A model generated the notes under the pieces. The model ran no database searches, was not told the origin of the DNA, and saw only the letters and a program-made list of their open reading frames with translations. DNA of 64,000 nt from Octopus sinensis (lineage: Eukaryota). Of this stretch, positions 26,211 to 40,645 are shown piece after piece (the stretch's first letter is position 1; each line of letters opens with the position of its first letter). The stretch lies in the NCBI RefSeq assembly GCF_006345805.1, contig NC_043003.1:86366001-86430000 (forward strand), in the 5' to 3' direction. Position numbers and translations under genes: made by a program.

Positions 26211-29078
26211 AGGGATTACTCCAACCTTTATCGGTTTGCTAGGTATTCAAAATATGTTATTCAACAGTTAATATATGAAACCAATAATATTCCCATAGGA
26301 TAAGAATTTAGTGATATATTCCTTTGGGTAATCATTTAAGTTCATTTAGAGATAAAACTAAAAGATTTCAAACAAGTCTTAGTAAATTAATCTGATATAT
26401 TAAAGACAGAAACAAAGACTACACTATTAGTTGGGAATTAATTTGTACTGCAAAAACATACAGACCAGGAACAAAAAAAATGTGACGTTTAGAAGAATTT
26501 TACCAAATGTTTACATCTAAGGGTAATGTAATAAATTTTAGAGGGAAACAAATTTTGAGATGCTTGCACATGAGGTGATTCACATTTGCCCTGTATAAAT
26601 GAATAATAATCATTTAAACAACAGAATGTTTTGAAATAACGAACTATAAGTGATTATCCAATGAAAACTTGATTTGAAGATAGTTCGCGACTAACTTAGC
26701 AAACAACTCTACATCATACAACGCAGAGTAAATAAACGAAAACCGTTAAACAGTTAAATAGAAAGGATATTATTGTAAAGATTTTGAAGAAACTGAACCG
26801 GCATTATATTAGGTTTACAATTGCAACGGCTACTAATCGACGCAGTTGAAACATGTGTAGGTCTATGTAAAGATGTATATATACAAAAAAAGATTAAAGG
26901 TTATGTTATGCCACTTCCAAATAATGATTATTATTATATATACAAAGTCGAACACACATACACGAGGTGCCTGTGTTGTTAGTTTGTTGGGCATGAATAC
27001 ACACATACACACATATATATATATATGGTGAATATGATGATGATGATGATGATGATGATCATCATCATCATCATCATCATCATGAAAATCATGAGCGTTC
27101 TGAGTTCCATGAGGTAGATTTCTCCTAAAGTCAAACAAATATTGACAAAAAACGGTTTCGGCTGTTTTATTTTAAATATATGATGCAATTCACAAAGCTT
27201 ACATATCTGTCAGTTAGTCATTGTAGACATTTCGATGTTGACATTTTGCATAGCAAGCTTCAAATGCATAGAATAGTACTCTCCATTCATGAATTCGTAA
27301 ACGACATTCGATCTTATACATGTCCAGATCTTGAGAGTGTGAGACCAGAAAACGATGAAATTGAGCATCGACTTACTTTGCCTTCATGTCGATTTTAAGT
27401 CAGTTTGAATGATTCTCATCCACTACAAAACACTGCTGTAAAAGTGTATTAATAATACATAGTTCTATCGCTTTCAATAGTGAGCTGTATCTACAAATGG
27501 TAACTAATTGAACCACTTAAAATTCAATTATCAATTTTTGTATCGACAGGCAACACGGTAAAAACGTGCACTAACTGAGTATTTAAATTCTCCCAACATA
27601 CAACACCAGTCAGTTACAGCTCTATATTATTGAAGGTATAGAGACTTACAAATCTATTGCAGAAGAGATTCTTTCATGCAAAAGCATTTTTTAAATTTAT
27701 ATATAGAACTTCTGCGGAAAAAGGCCATCGAAGGTAACTATGGCTCTCATCCTTCTGGAGACAGTAAAAGAAAATATCAGTCAAGTAGGAAATAAATTTA
27801 CTCGCCTGTAACTATGTAAAAAAACTATTATTCTACTCTTCTCGTGAATGACGGAATGTCAAAAGCGTCAGAGCGTCAAACGAAATAAATTGTGGTACAA
27901 ATTTACGGTCCTTTACACTTCCAAAAGTCGTTCAAATAAATACTTGTCAAGGACTGAATTCGATTGTATCGATTATCTTCTCTTGATAAAATTCTGACAA
28001 TACAGCTATTTTAGAAACTATAATTATCTTGATTATATTACTGAGTATTATCGTATACTGGACTAGACATATAAAGTAACACTGATCTAACAACATAAAA
28101 AGCAATGAAGCTACATATTTCATTATAACGCCACTCATATCTAATTAATTAATGCTTCTGTTGCGTTTACAATGGAATTATGAAACAGACACTAATAGCC
28201 GTTCATGTTGCATCTTTCACGGCTTATCTATTTTTCCATTATATTTAATATGAAAAACGCTGAATTAATATCATAGGAATAAAGTTAAAATAGAACAAGA
28301 TCACAGTTAAATGCTTGGATCAAATGATACATCCTGTACATGTTCTATGTATTTTATCAATCAGAGCTGATTACAACACACCAACATCGAAAACATAATA
28401 CCAAACTTGCAGGACATTCGGTGTCATGCACAGACAAAGTGGATAAAACATACAGAGGTAGAGAGAGAGAGGGAGAGAAACAAAGAAAGAGGAAGAGAGA
28501 ATGACGAAAAGAGTAGAGAACGGGAAACAACAACGACAACAACAACAAAGAAACAAACGAATTAGGGAAGAGAGGAAAAAGAGAAGACAAGAGTGATAGA
28601 AATCTGACAGAAAAATATGATGAATGATTCAAAATGTGAAAAATCGAACGAGGTAAATGTGATATAAATTAGATGCACAAATCAGTTGCAATTAGTGGAC
28701 TATTGCTAGAAAGGTGTTGGGATTGAGGAGGGAATATTCTATGGAAAACATTTCATTAGGCAAGAAGCCATTGCTTTAATACTTGTATGCATTTGAAAAA
28801 GTATGTCAGAGATAGATCAAGCAGAAACCATAGAAAGATCACATGATTAAAGCATCTGTATTTTATTACATCCTGTATATTGAGTTCAAATTCAATGTTT
28901 TAAGTAGGTACTAATAACAAATTAGGCAACTAAAACGGCTGTAAGCTTTTAGTACTAAGCTGTTATGCATAGTCAAAGTAATAGAATTATATACAGTTGA
29001 ATTATGTCTTTCACCTTCTGTTGGAATCTCTGCAAACATATGATTGTATTGACATATTAATATACATTAGTAAACTAA

Positions 29079-29310
29079 GGCAGAGAGTTGGCAGAATCGT
29101 TTGTACGCTGTGCAAAATGCCCAGCGAGATTTCGTCTGTCTTTACGTTTTTAAGTGCTGAGTTGAAATACCGCCGAATTTGCCTTTACCTTTCATCATCT
29201 CGCCGTAGATAAAATAAATACCACCTGAACACTGGGATCGATGTAATCGACTTAACCCTACACACCACAAAAAGACAAGCTGGCATTGTGTCAAAATTTG
29301 GAGCCAATAT
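29079..29310 (+). mobile_element. tRNA-derived SINE (family B), degenerate
   Basis: GGCAGAGAGTTGGCAGAATCGTT...GCTGAGTTGAAATACCGCCGA..TTTGCCTTT...CTGGGATCGATGTAATCGACTTAA. Confidence 0.7.
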
Positions 29311-29615
29311 ACGAGATAAGTACTATCTTAATAGAAATACAATTATATAAATACTTTCCTGCGAGCTCGCACACTTCCGAATGCATGAATAGTAAATAAA
29401 TATATATTTATATTTGTATCAATCTATTTACAAATATGTGCATATATGTATATTAGGATAATTTTTTCTTTCTTTTTTTTCATTTATCACATCAGTGTGT
29501 AAACGAATCTCGTTTAATATGAGTGTGAATGTGTGTGGGTGTTCGTGTCTATACTTGTGCTATACATTTTCGTTTGCTTAAGCTCACGGCTGTATATATA
29601 TATATATATATATAC

Positions 29616-29647
<32 letters not shown>

Positions 29648-29744
29648 TATTGTGTGTGTCTATATATTCACACACACACATACACATACACACACGCATA
29701 GATTTATTAAAACAATGGATATAGGGTACCCGGTGGTTTTCAAT

Positions 29745-31235
29745 ATCTCTAGAAAAAAAAACAAATTGTTGTCCAGTGGGGACTGGGCAGCCAGAAGCAA
29801 CATGATCAAAGTTTCCGCAAATTCTGCACGAGGGGTCAGATCCATCTTTAAGGACGTTTGCATGGTAGTTTCTGGTTGATAAGCTCTGATCTTGTGCTGC
29901 AATAACAAAACTTTCTGTTTCCCTTTTTAGACCTGTTCCTTGCAGCCATTGGTATGTTAGATTCTGATCAATATCTGGCTTGGACAGGCGCTTAGGGTAT
30001 TTTCCATGCCTTTCCAGTTGTCTTCGATATTATTCATGCAAGCTTTCTTTGCTTTTTGGTTTATGTTTTTTGCATCAGTGATAGGTTTGTCACTATTTGG
30101 ATCTCGTTGATCTTACTGGTTATTAATTTCAAAATCAGGAGAAGTAATGGTAGGTCTGTCAGTATTTGGGTGTCTTTGGTCATTCTTATTGTTAACTTGT
30201 CGGCCAAGAGACTTTTTAAAATTTCTTACTACGCTTCATGACTGAAGCTTGCTTAGAATCTTCATGCTTCAGTGCAGTTCGTAAGAGCACATCACTTGTT
30301 GTATTAAGGTACGTTTCAAGGTCTGTTATTGCTGATTTGAAGAATTGTTCGAGCTGTATCAAGCCTCTTCTACCTATTTTTCTTGAGAGATAAATCCTGT
30401 TTACATTTGATTTTGGCTGGTGCATTTGGTACTTTGTAAGGATTTTACGGATCTTTCCATCCATATTGTGCATGTCAGTGAGACCCCACTTAATGATGCC
30501 GAAGCTATATGTGGTTACTGGTGTGGCAAATGAACAGATCGCACTAATTCTGTTAATAGCATTTAATTCTGAGTTTGGGACCATTCTTACCCTTCGGCTC
30601 TCAGATATTTGTATACTTCGGATTGGTCTAGGTTTCGAAAAGCTATAGTAGTATCAATTTTTATGTTTTCTGCCTTTATCAACTTTCCTGCCTTGAAAGT
30701 AACTTTTGCACATTTATCAAGTCCGGTTTTCCATATCTGTATCAGAGCGGAAATCATTCACAATTTTCAGGAGTTCTAATTCTTTGTCGTTTTTGGCAAA
30801 CAGTTTTAGATCATCCACATAGAATAGATGATTAATTTTCTGGTCAAATATTTTGTAATAGTAATGGTGATAATGAGTCACCTTGAAAGATACCACAGGC
30901 GATATTGATGTCTGGTGAGGTGGTATATCCCTGTGTATGGTTTAAAATGAGGGGAGTTCTCCACGAATTCATGATTACTGTTACAAAGTTCACAATTGTT
31001 GGAGTTATCATGTAAATTTCCAGAACATTGATGATCCATGCATGGGGAACACTGTCAAAAGCTTCCTTCTAATCTATCAAAGTGGTGCCAAATTTTCTGC
31101 GTTTGGATTTGCACTTTTCAATGACCATTTTATTAATCGGTAATTGGTCCTTATATCCATATGAACTCCTTTTAGATCCCTTTTGTTCCACTGGGAATAA
31201 CTTGCTGTTGTCCAAGAATTCTTATGCTCTATTCG
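29745..31235 (-). mobile_element. R4/Dong-type (RLE) non-LTR retrotransposon fragment, decayed RT region
   Basis: AFDSVPHAWII, GIFQGDSLSPLL, INHLFYVDDLKLFAKND, NSELNAINRISAICSFATPVTTYSFGIIKW, HQPKSNVNRIYLSRKIGRRGLIQLE; internal deletions and stops. Confidence 0.85.
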
Positions 31236-31239
31236 CTAT

Positions 31240-31241
31240 TA

Positions 31242-31293
<52 letters not shown>

Positions 31294-31365
31294 CATCATC
31301 ATCATATCATCATCATCATATCATCATCATCATCACCATCACCATCATCATCGTCGTCGTCGTCG

Positions 31366-31429
<64 letters not shown>

Positions 31430-31430
31430 T
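31240..31430. repeat. (ATT)n/(ATC)n/(GTC)n compound microsatellite
   Basis: Direct reading; it explains the poly-I/poly-H ORFs. Confidence 0.95.
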
Positions 31431-31617
31431 CGAAGGTTGTAATGGACGCAGGTTCGTGTGTCATATAGCTAGCTAGAGGCGATGGCCTCTTGGAGCTAAT
31501 CAGCGACAGCTTTAGTCTTATATTTATAGACTGCCATATTAGTATGGCGATAACTATTAATATCCAGTAACGCTGCCGTAATCTCCTTTAGAGAGACTTA
31601 GTAATTTTAATATTTCT

Positions 31618-32177
31618 ATTATTATTGAGTGAGAGAGCAGTTCATGCCATCAAAGTGACACTGGGGTAAAATATACGAAGCCCAATATACCCATCATGAC
31701 TACCCGTCTGATAAAGGTACACCAGGCACATGCATCACAACCATATGTGCGCGACATGGTGATCTCATATCAAGATAAACAGCACATGACCTTGCAGGTG
31801 GGGCCCAGTTTGAATTTTCTTCAGGTTGAGTAGCCCATCCCGCTCAAACGGTCCCCGAATAAGGGTTGTTAAGGATGTTGAAAGAACACCCATTTTCCAG
31901 AGGTGAACTATTCAAACCCCAAAGCATCCCTCTCAACACATGGCTATGATGCTCCCCCACTACTTCTGCTCGTGATCAGAGATGCACATATCGTCAGCCA
32001 CTAAGGGACATGCTCAACTGGTTACGGTCAAACAACTGACAAGCAAATCTGTGGTATTGAGCAGAATATTTGCTGTAGCCCATCTTTTATACCAAGACAA
32101 AACAATGTACATGATAACACTTCCAATCAGTTAAGATCAGAAGCCATGAGAGCCACTGCCTGGTACTGCATCAGGGC

Positions 32178-32180
<3 letters not shown>
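31618..32180 (-). mobile_element. ~560-bp non-coding interspersed element embedded in (AAT)n
   Basis: Minus strand starts AATGCCCTGATGCAGTACCAGG directly after an (AAT)n run (32181-32260) and ends TCACTCAATAATAAT. Its first ~160 bp recur at 56168-56325 (+), also directly after an (AAT)n-rich run. Confidence 0.7.
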
Positions 32181-32260
<80 letters not shown>

Positions 32261-33091
32261 TAAGGTAGAGAGCAACTACCAAAGAAAGTGGAACCCCAGC
32301 ATATTGGGGGACTTCTGCTGGATGTTTTTGCGTGACATCCCTGAGGCAAAGAACACAAGATCGTCCAAAAGAAAATAATCACTTGCAACTGCCTGCTGAA
32401 AATAGAAATCACTTCCAACTGTCTGCTGGAAATAAAATGAAAGAAATCATCAACGACCAAAGCCCTTGTCCAAAAATAGTTGGGGTCGGTCCCAAATTTC
32501 AAACTGTTTTATCATTTCATTCCCCACCCAAACTTACTTAACGCATCTTTCAATCTCTTTTCATCGATTTTGCATCTCATCTTATTTCAAATCCCAAGAT
32601 AGTCTCTTCTTAATTAACGGCGAATTTCTAGTTTTCTATTTCTTTTAGTTCTTGTTTCCATTCCACTATTCCCCCGTCTTTTAATCTTTATATCTTGTAT
32701 CTTATATCGGCTGCCATCGTTTTAGACAATAGTCGCTTCCTAGTTTGTATATTTTAGCTTTTCTTCTTACATACACTGGTTATTGATTCAATTTTCTCTG
32801 AGGATACAAAAGTTGGAACACTTTGTTCAATTTATAGAGAAATGACTAATACAAATGCATACACAAAAACATATTCGTACAAATACATACATGTGCGTTC
32901 TTGTTATAGCATTATGAATTTAATGAGCATCAAAAATGCTAATTAGAAGTAAATACGCGATAAGAAAATATAATAGAGTTCAATGGACAATATTTACAAT
33001 ATTGCAATAAGTATGATACAAAACTATTGACATGTTTCTGCACAATCAGCTCAGATTTCGAAGCTACTTACTGAAGTACTTTATATATATG

Positions 33092-33149
<58 letters not shown>

Positions 33150-34080
33150 GTGTGTGTGTGTGTGTTGTGGTGTGTGTTGTGTGTGTGGTGTGTGTGTGTG
33201 TGGTGTGTGTTTGTGTGTGTGTGTGTGTGTGTAAGTGTGTGTGTGTGTATCCCTTTACTGTTGACTGTTGGAAGAAAGTGTACTCAACACTATAGTAAAA
33301 ATTAAGAATATTTTGTATAATTTGGTCGAGTCAGTTTCCCTGCTACTAAATGAAACTCATACGTATACGTGTGCGTTGGTGTGTGCATATTCATATTCTC
33401 AGAGAAATTTAATTGAATAATTCATCATTTGCATGCATATATGGAAACAGCTTAACGTGAACCGAAAACCAGAGTAGACTACGAAATACATTACAGTTTA
33501 AAAGCAACATAGAGAAGTTTACTCAATAAACCCGAGTATAAATGAGATAATTCAATTAACATAGTGGAAAATATACTGTATAATATTCAGCTAACTGTTA
33601 GTTCACATTTCATGCTCGTAAAACTTAATATTGTTTCGTGCAATCATTTTACAATTCATTCAGCAAAGTCTCTTTCGCGAATAAAATGTGCAAAGATCTC
33701 AAAATATTCTGTTACTGTGTATGACTTTGCAAGAAAGCTCTATTCTTAATCATAATGCTTTTAGTTATGCTTCGGTTGATAGAAATATAGAAATAAAGAA
33801 GTGGCATATTAAGTAGCTGTATTTCTAAATGAATGGGTATGCCGGGAATAATGTAGTTTAAAATTATTCACAGGTAAATTTGTAATGTTATATTAGAAAT
33901 ATAGTTTTTAAATAAACATTTACAAAATATTCCTTTAGGTAAGTAGTTATTGTTAATGAGGCAGTTACTAGAAGAGAAACAGTTGCATTTCAGCTTTTAT
34001 TATTATTTATCTTTGTATAAAACTTACCTAGTTGTAAAAAGATTCAGTAATACTTGTGCTTCTGTGGGAAATGCTAAATA

Positions 34081-34504
34081 GGCGCAGGAGAGGCTGTGTG
34101 GTAAGTAGCTTGCCTACCAACCACATGGTTCCGGGTTCAGTCCCACTGCGTTGCACCTTGGGCAAGTGTCTTCTACTATAGCCTCGGGCCGACCAGAGCC
34201 TTGTGAGTGGATTTGGTAGACGGAAACTGAAAGAAGCCCGTCGTATATATGTATATGTATATATGTGTGTGTGTGTGTGTGTGTGTGGTATGTTTGTGTG
34301 TCTGTATCTGTGCACCTAGCATTGCTTGACAACCGATGCTGGTGTGTTTATGCCCCCGTCACTTAGCGGTTCGGCAAAAAGAGACCGATAGAATAAGTAC
34401 TGGGCTTACAAAGAATAAGTCCCGGGGTCGAGTTGCTCAACTAAAGGCGGTGCTTCAGCATGGCCGCAGTCAAATTACTGAAACAAGTAAAAGAGTAATA
34501 GAGT
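34081..34504 (+). mobile_element. tRNA-derived SINE (family A) with internal (AT)/(GT) microsatellite
   Basis: GGCGCAGGAGAGGCTGTGTGGTAAG (A-box-like), GGTTCAGTCCC (B-box-like), repetitive AAGAGTA tail; related copies at 18232 and 57399. Confidence 0.85.
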
Positions 34505-34620
34505 ATAGCAAAACTATTTTGGCTACAAATGTGAGAACTTACAATTTGAGAAGGTAATAAATGCGTGACATCTCAAAACCATGTGATGGCAAAGTGAATT
34601 ATTTCCTTTGTATATGTGCG

Positions 34621-34654
<34 letters not shown>

Positions 34655-34881
34655 TGAGAGAGAGAGAGAGAGAAAGAGAGAGAGACAAACAGAAAGACAG
34701 ACATTTAATCCAAAATCTAAAACAGCTGGAAATATAATGAAATATGAAATATGAAATGAAACTGAGAGCAGTATATAAATATTTCTTATTGCAATATTAA
34801 TATGGGTTAGTGTAGCATTTTTGAATTTCATGGATATTTCTCGAGAGGTTAAATTACAAACAGCAGATTAAACATTGCTTT

Positions 34882-34916
<35 letters not shown>

Positions 34917-34942
34917 CTCACTATATATATATATATATATAT

Positions 34943-35860
34943 ATAAAATATTATTTGAGACAAAACCACTATTTTGCAAAACAAACAAGGAAAGACTTAA
35001 TCAATACATAAAATTTAATAAATAGTCAAAAAAACCGCCACTACAATCGTTTCTTGTCTTGATCGACAATCTTCAGGTGGACTTCCAATCTAAAAAATCA
35101 AAATTTTAAAATATAAAAAATATACTTTTAAATAATTAAAGTATAAATGAAAAAATATAAGTATATAATCCATATATAACCTATATATAATCCATATCGA
35201 AAATATAGACTAATTACCACGAATTCCCTAAAAAAAACCATGATAAAAACAAACTCTTAAAAACATATAACGATAAAATCTCCCTTTGCTAAACTCTATA
35301 ACAAACCTATAAAGTAAACCCCTAACCTAAACATTCACACACAAATACACACACGTAAACCACAGACTCACGACTTATACACATACCTATACTAACTTAT
35401 AAACCTCAATATACACCAAAACCCACTCCCTCCCCACACAGACAAATTAACACATACATCCCAAAACCTAAATAACAAACCCATATACACATTCACACAC
35501 AAAACACACACTCACACGCAAAACACTCACACACAAAAGATACATATACTCCCTCACATATACGCCTATACATACTCACTAAAACTCGACATATACAACA
35601 ATACTTACACACCCACAAAAAAACATTATATACATTTATGAGCTTTAACTCACCTTAGCATCTCTAACAAACAACTTGCAGTAACCCAATCCCATTCTCT
35701 ATGCCTACCTCACTACTACACTATTCCATTCACATTCCAAGCAACGCTAGTCCACCACCCGGTTATTCACGTGGCAAAACGAACACCACTCAAAAATTAT
35801 GAATGAAACAATGTAAAAAAATAACCAACACCTAAAATAGACAAAATACCACGAATTACC

Positions 35861-35891
<31 letters not shown>

Positions 35892-37265
35892 ATGATAAAC
35901 CAAAACTCATAAAAGCATATAACGATAAAATCTCCCTTTGCTAAACCCTATAACAAACTTATATAGCAATCCCCCTAACCTAAACATTCACACACAAAAA
36001 ACCCACACGTAAACCACAGACCCAAGACTTATACACAAACCTATACTAACTTATAAACCTCAATATACACCAAAAACCACTCCCTCCCCACACAGACAAA
36101 TTAACACATACATCCCAAATCCTAAATAACAAACCCAAATACACATTCACACACAAAACACACACACACGCAAAACACACACACACAACAGATACATATG
36201 CTCCCTCACATATACGCATATACATACTCACTAAAACTCGATATATACAACAATATTTACACCCACACTCATACAGATAAATAAATTAATTATACAATTA
36301 AAACTCACAACCAATCTCATATACATAAACACTCTTATGAAAACAACAATAAATACATCGTAATTAACCAGAATATCAAAAATAACATTATGACATAAGG
36401 ATAAATCAAATACATACTTACAATTCAGTTACAAATTATGAAGTGAAATTAGATTTTTAGCCGTTAAAACCAAACAAAATTACGTTACCATGGAAATAAC
36501 TAATGTAAAAAAAAGAATACGCGCCATAGAAAGTAAACGTCATTCATAGTATGAATGGAGAAATATAATAAATGGAACTAAAAACTATTTCCACGTAGCA
36601 AACCAACGCTACTTAAAAAAATTTATTATGAATGGATTCTTTAAAAACTATCATGAAAAATCAATTATATACATTTATGAGCTTTAGCTCACCCTAGCAA
36701 CTCTAACAAACAACTTACAGTAACCCATACTCAATGCCTACCTCATTACCACCCTAATCCATTCACAATTCCAAGCAACACTAGTCCACCACACGGTTAC
36801 AATTCCCAACTCTACCCATTCATTCACAATTTCAACGACGTTCCCTTCAACAACTCTACATATAAGCCTCAACATATACACCGGAGATACAATTACACAT
36901 CCGTGCGGATGGGTGAGAGTATACATTAAGTGCAGCGATGGGGCTCCCATCTCTAAACACACCTGTACCTGTGTGGTAGTCTCCATGTGTATATTCACGC
37001 ACGGGTATAAATACAGGGGGTACACGCTCACTTCATTTACGTGTACCCCTCACATGTACATATGCATACTATTTTGGCTCGATATATGCAACAATGTAAT
37101 CGCGCCCGTATGTGTGAGCATTCACTGGTTGTGCAATTCACCCATCTGGGTGTGATTGTGTGTAAACTTATCACTGTGGAGGTCGAGCTTGATACGTATA
37201 TATTAGTGTGTATTAGGGGTTGTACGTACTAATTATGTTCATGTGCTTCACGCACTTGCGTCCAT
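34943..37265 (-). repeat. Inverted 5'-truncated pLTR copy
   Basis: Junction GCACTTGCGTCCAT|AAGAATTGCACAAC at 37265/37266 switches from antisense pLTR to sense GIY-YIG sequence with 1 nt (T) shared. Confidence 0.9.
35038..35080 (-). ncRNA. Minimal type I hammerhead ribozyme (inverted pLTR copy)
   Basis: Reverse complement reads CCAC-CTGAAGA-TTGTC-GATCAA-GACAA-GAAAC-GATT-GTA-GTGG. Confidence 0.8.
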
Positions 37266-40200
37266 AAGAATTGCACAACATATGAATTCTTTTAAAAATA
37301 AAAACTTAATCAACTCAACCGGACTTAGTAAGTATATTTGGAGTCTTAAATCACTAAATATTAATTATAGTTTAATATGGGAAATAATTTGTAAAACTAA
37401 ATCATATAATATAGGAGCTAATTGTTGTTATTTATGCTCTAATGAGTTTAAAGAAATTTTATTTTATAAGTATGATAATTTACTTAATACTGGGGAGGAG
37501 CGCAAAATAAAATGTAGACACAAGTTACTTTACTTATATAATAAGTTTCATGATAAATAGCAATAATAGTTCCCTCTTAGGTTATTTTAGTTTAGTTTAA
37601 ATTAGTTTAGATGATATATTTTGGTTATGTTGTCTAGGATTTAATTATAGTTAGTCTTTATTGATATTCCTTTGTTTTAATTAGTTCATTTTTAATGTAT
37701 ATTTATTTAGCAGTTTATGGTACGTTAAAACTTAATAATTTATATTAGATTTTTTATTTTTTTATTTTTATTTTTATTTTATTTATTTTATTTTATTATG
37801 TATTTTTATTTTGCATTTGTTATATGTATTTTGAGGATATATTTATATGTTTTGGGTGTTATTTAGTGGTGTTTTTATTGAGTTTTGTATGTATGTGTGA
37901 ATGTTTAAGATCCCTTTGTTTTTTGTTTTTTATTTGTAGGTTGAATTGACAGATTTATTGGGTATTGTCTTTTATAATAAAGTACACACCCATAACAATT
38001 ATAAGTGCCAATTCATTCGTTGTACTTGGGTTTGCATGTGAGCCTCAGCATTTGCACCTAACGGCCACTCCAGCCCCACATGGATAAATAACACATACAT
38101 CCCCAACCACCATCACAAATGAAACCCACACCCATACAATGACAAAACTCCCCCATACCCTATTTACACCTACATAGTAATCCCAATATATTCTTCCATA
38201 CATGGACGCAAGTGCGTGAAGCACATGAACATAATTAGTACGTACAACCCCTAAACACACTAATATATACGTATCAAGCTCGACCTCCACAGTGATAAGT
38301 TTACACACAATCACACCCAGATGGGTGAATTGCACAACCAGTGAATGCTCACACATACGGGCGCGATTACATTGTTGCATATATCGAGCCAAAATAGTAT
38401 GCATATGTACATGTGAGGGGTACACGTAAATGAAGTGAGCGTGTACCCCCTGTATTTATACCCGTGCGTGAATATACACATGGAGACTACCACACAGGTA
38501 CAGGTGTGTTTAGAGATGGGAGCCCCATCGCTGCACTTAATGTATACTCTCACCATCCGCACGGATGTGTAATTGTATCTCCGGTGTATATGTTGAGGCT
38601 TATATGTAGAGTTGTTGAAGGGAACGTCGTTGAAATTGAAATTGTGAATGAATGGGTAGAGTTGGGAATTGTAACCGTGTGGTGGACTAGTGTTGCTTGG
38701 AATTGTGAATGGATTAGGGTGGTAATGAGGTAGGCATTGAGTATGGGTTACTGTAAGTTGTTTGTTAGAGTTGCTAGGGTGAGCTAAAGCTCATAATGTA
38801 TATAATTGATTTTTCATGATAGTTTTTAAAGAATCCATTCATAATAAATTTTTTTAAGTAGCGTTGGTTTGCTACGTGAAATAGTTTTTAGTTCCATTTA
38901 TTATATTTATCCATTCATACTATGAATGACGTTTACTTTCTATGGCGCGTCTTCTTTTTACATTAGTTATTTCCATGGTAACGTAATTTTGTTTGGTTTT
39001 TTAACGGCTAAAAATCTAATTTCACTTCATAATTGTAACTGAATTGTAAGTATGTATTTGATTTATCCTTATGTCATAATGTTATTTTTGATATTCTGGT
39101 TAATTACGATGTATTTATTGTTGTTTTCATAAGAGTGTTTATGTATATGAGATTGGTTGTGAGTTTTTAATTGTATAATTAATTTATTATCTGTATGAGT
39201 GTGGGTGTAAATATTGTTGTATATATCGAGTTTTAGTGAGTATGTATATGCGTATATGTGAGGGAGCATATGTATCTGTTGTGTGTGTGTTTTGCGTGTG
39301 TGTGTGTTTGTGTGTGAATGTGTATTTGGGTTGTTATTTAGGATTTGGGATGTATGTGTTAATTTGTCTGTGTGGGGAGGGAGTGGTTTTTGGTGTATAT
39401 TGAGGTTTATAAGTTAGTATAGGTTTGTGTATAAGTCTTGGGTCTGTGGTTTACGTGTGGGTTTTTTGTGTGTGAATGTTTAGGTTAGGGGGATTGCTAT
39501 ATAAGTTTGTTATAGGGTTTAGCAAAGGGAGATTTTATCGTTATATGCTTTTATGAGTTTTGGTTTATCATGGTTTTTTTTTTTAGGTAATTCGTGGTAT
39601 TTTGTCTATTTTAGGTGTTGGTTATTTTTTTACATTGTTTCATTCATAATTTTTGAGTGGTGTTCGTTTTGCCACGTGAATAACCGGGTGGTGGACTAGC
39701 GTTGCTTGGAATGTGAATGGAATAGTGTAGTAGTGAGGTAGGCATAGAGAATGGGATTGGGTTACTGCAAGTTGTTGTTAGAGATGCTAAGGTGAGTTAA
39801 AGCTCATAAATGTATATAATGTTTTTTGTGGGTGTGTAAGTATTGTTGTATATGTCGAGTTTAGTGAGTATGTATAGGCGTATATGTGAGGGAGTATATG
39901 TATCTTTTGTGTGTGAGTGTTTTGCGTGTGTGAGTGTGTGTTTGTGTGTGAATGTGTATATGGGTTTGTTATTTAGGTTTTGGGATGTATGTGTTAATTT
40001 GTCTGTGTGGGGAGGGAGTGGGTTTTGTTTGGGTATATTGAGGTTTATAAGTTAGTATAGGTATGTGTATAAGTCGTGAGTCTGTGGTTTACGTGTGTGT
40101 ATTTGTGTGTGAATGTTTAGGTTAGGGGGTTTACTTTATAGGTTTGTTATAGAGTTTAGCAAAGGGAGATTTTATCGTTATATGTTTTTAAGAGTTTTGT

Positions 40201-40590
40201 TTTATCATGGTTTTATTTAGGGAATTCGTGGTAATTAGTCTATATTTTCGATATGGATTATATATAGGTTATATATGGATTATATACTTATATTTTTTCA
40301 TTTATACTTTAATTATTTAAAAGTATTATTTTTATATTTTAAAATTTTGATTTTTTAGATTGGAAGTCCACCTGAAGATTGTCGATCAAGACAAGAAGAA
40401 ACGATTGTAGTGGCGGTTTTTTTGACTATTTATTAAATTTTATGTATTGATTAAGTCTTTCCTTGTTTGTTTTGCAAAATAGTGGTTTTGTCTCAAATAA
40501 TATTTATATATTTTACTATAAAATTGGATTTAATCCTAAATCTGATTTTTTTTCCCTGTAAATTTGGATATATTCCCTAATATTTATTAT
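37266..40590 (+). repeat. Upstream direct pLTR (5'-truncated tandem copy starting inside the endonuclease domain)
   Basis: The ORF-track peptide at 37243-37560 (RIAQHMNSF...NKFHDK) is identical to the end of 42748-43140, and downstream sequence is collinear with 43141-46181. Confidence 0.92.
40368..40413 (+). ncRNA. Hammerhead ribozyme, upstream pLTR copy (extra GAA before GAAAC)
   Basis: CCAC-CTGAAGA-TTGTC-GATCAA-GACAA-GAA-GAAAC-GATT-GTA-GTGG. Confidence 0.7.
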
Positions 40591-40645
40591 TTATATAATA
40601 TTGATAATTTTGTATATTGAGTGTAATACCTCAATTTCGCAAATT

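Noticed and set aside
27650-27754. 105-nt minus-strand segment with a strong acceptor and GTAAGT donor, with an in-frame TGA in one frame
   Set aside because: All three frames contain stops. It could be a UTR/start exon (AAAATG-LLHERISSAID), but nothing supports selenocysteine or coding status.
32100-32180. HDV-like ribozyme at the 5' end of the (AAT)n-associated element
   Set aside because: A P4-like hairpin preceded by GG exists, but no P1/P3 pairing could be built by eye.
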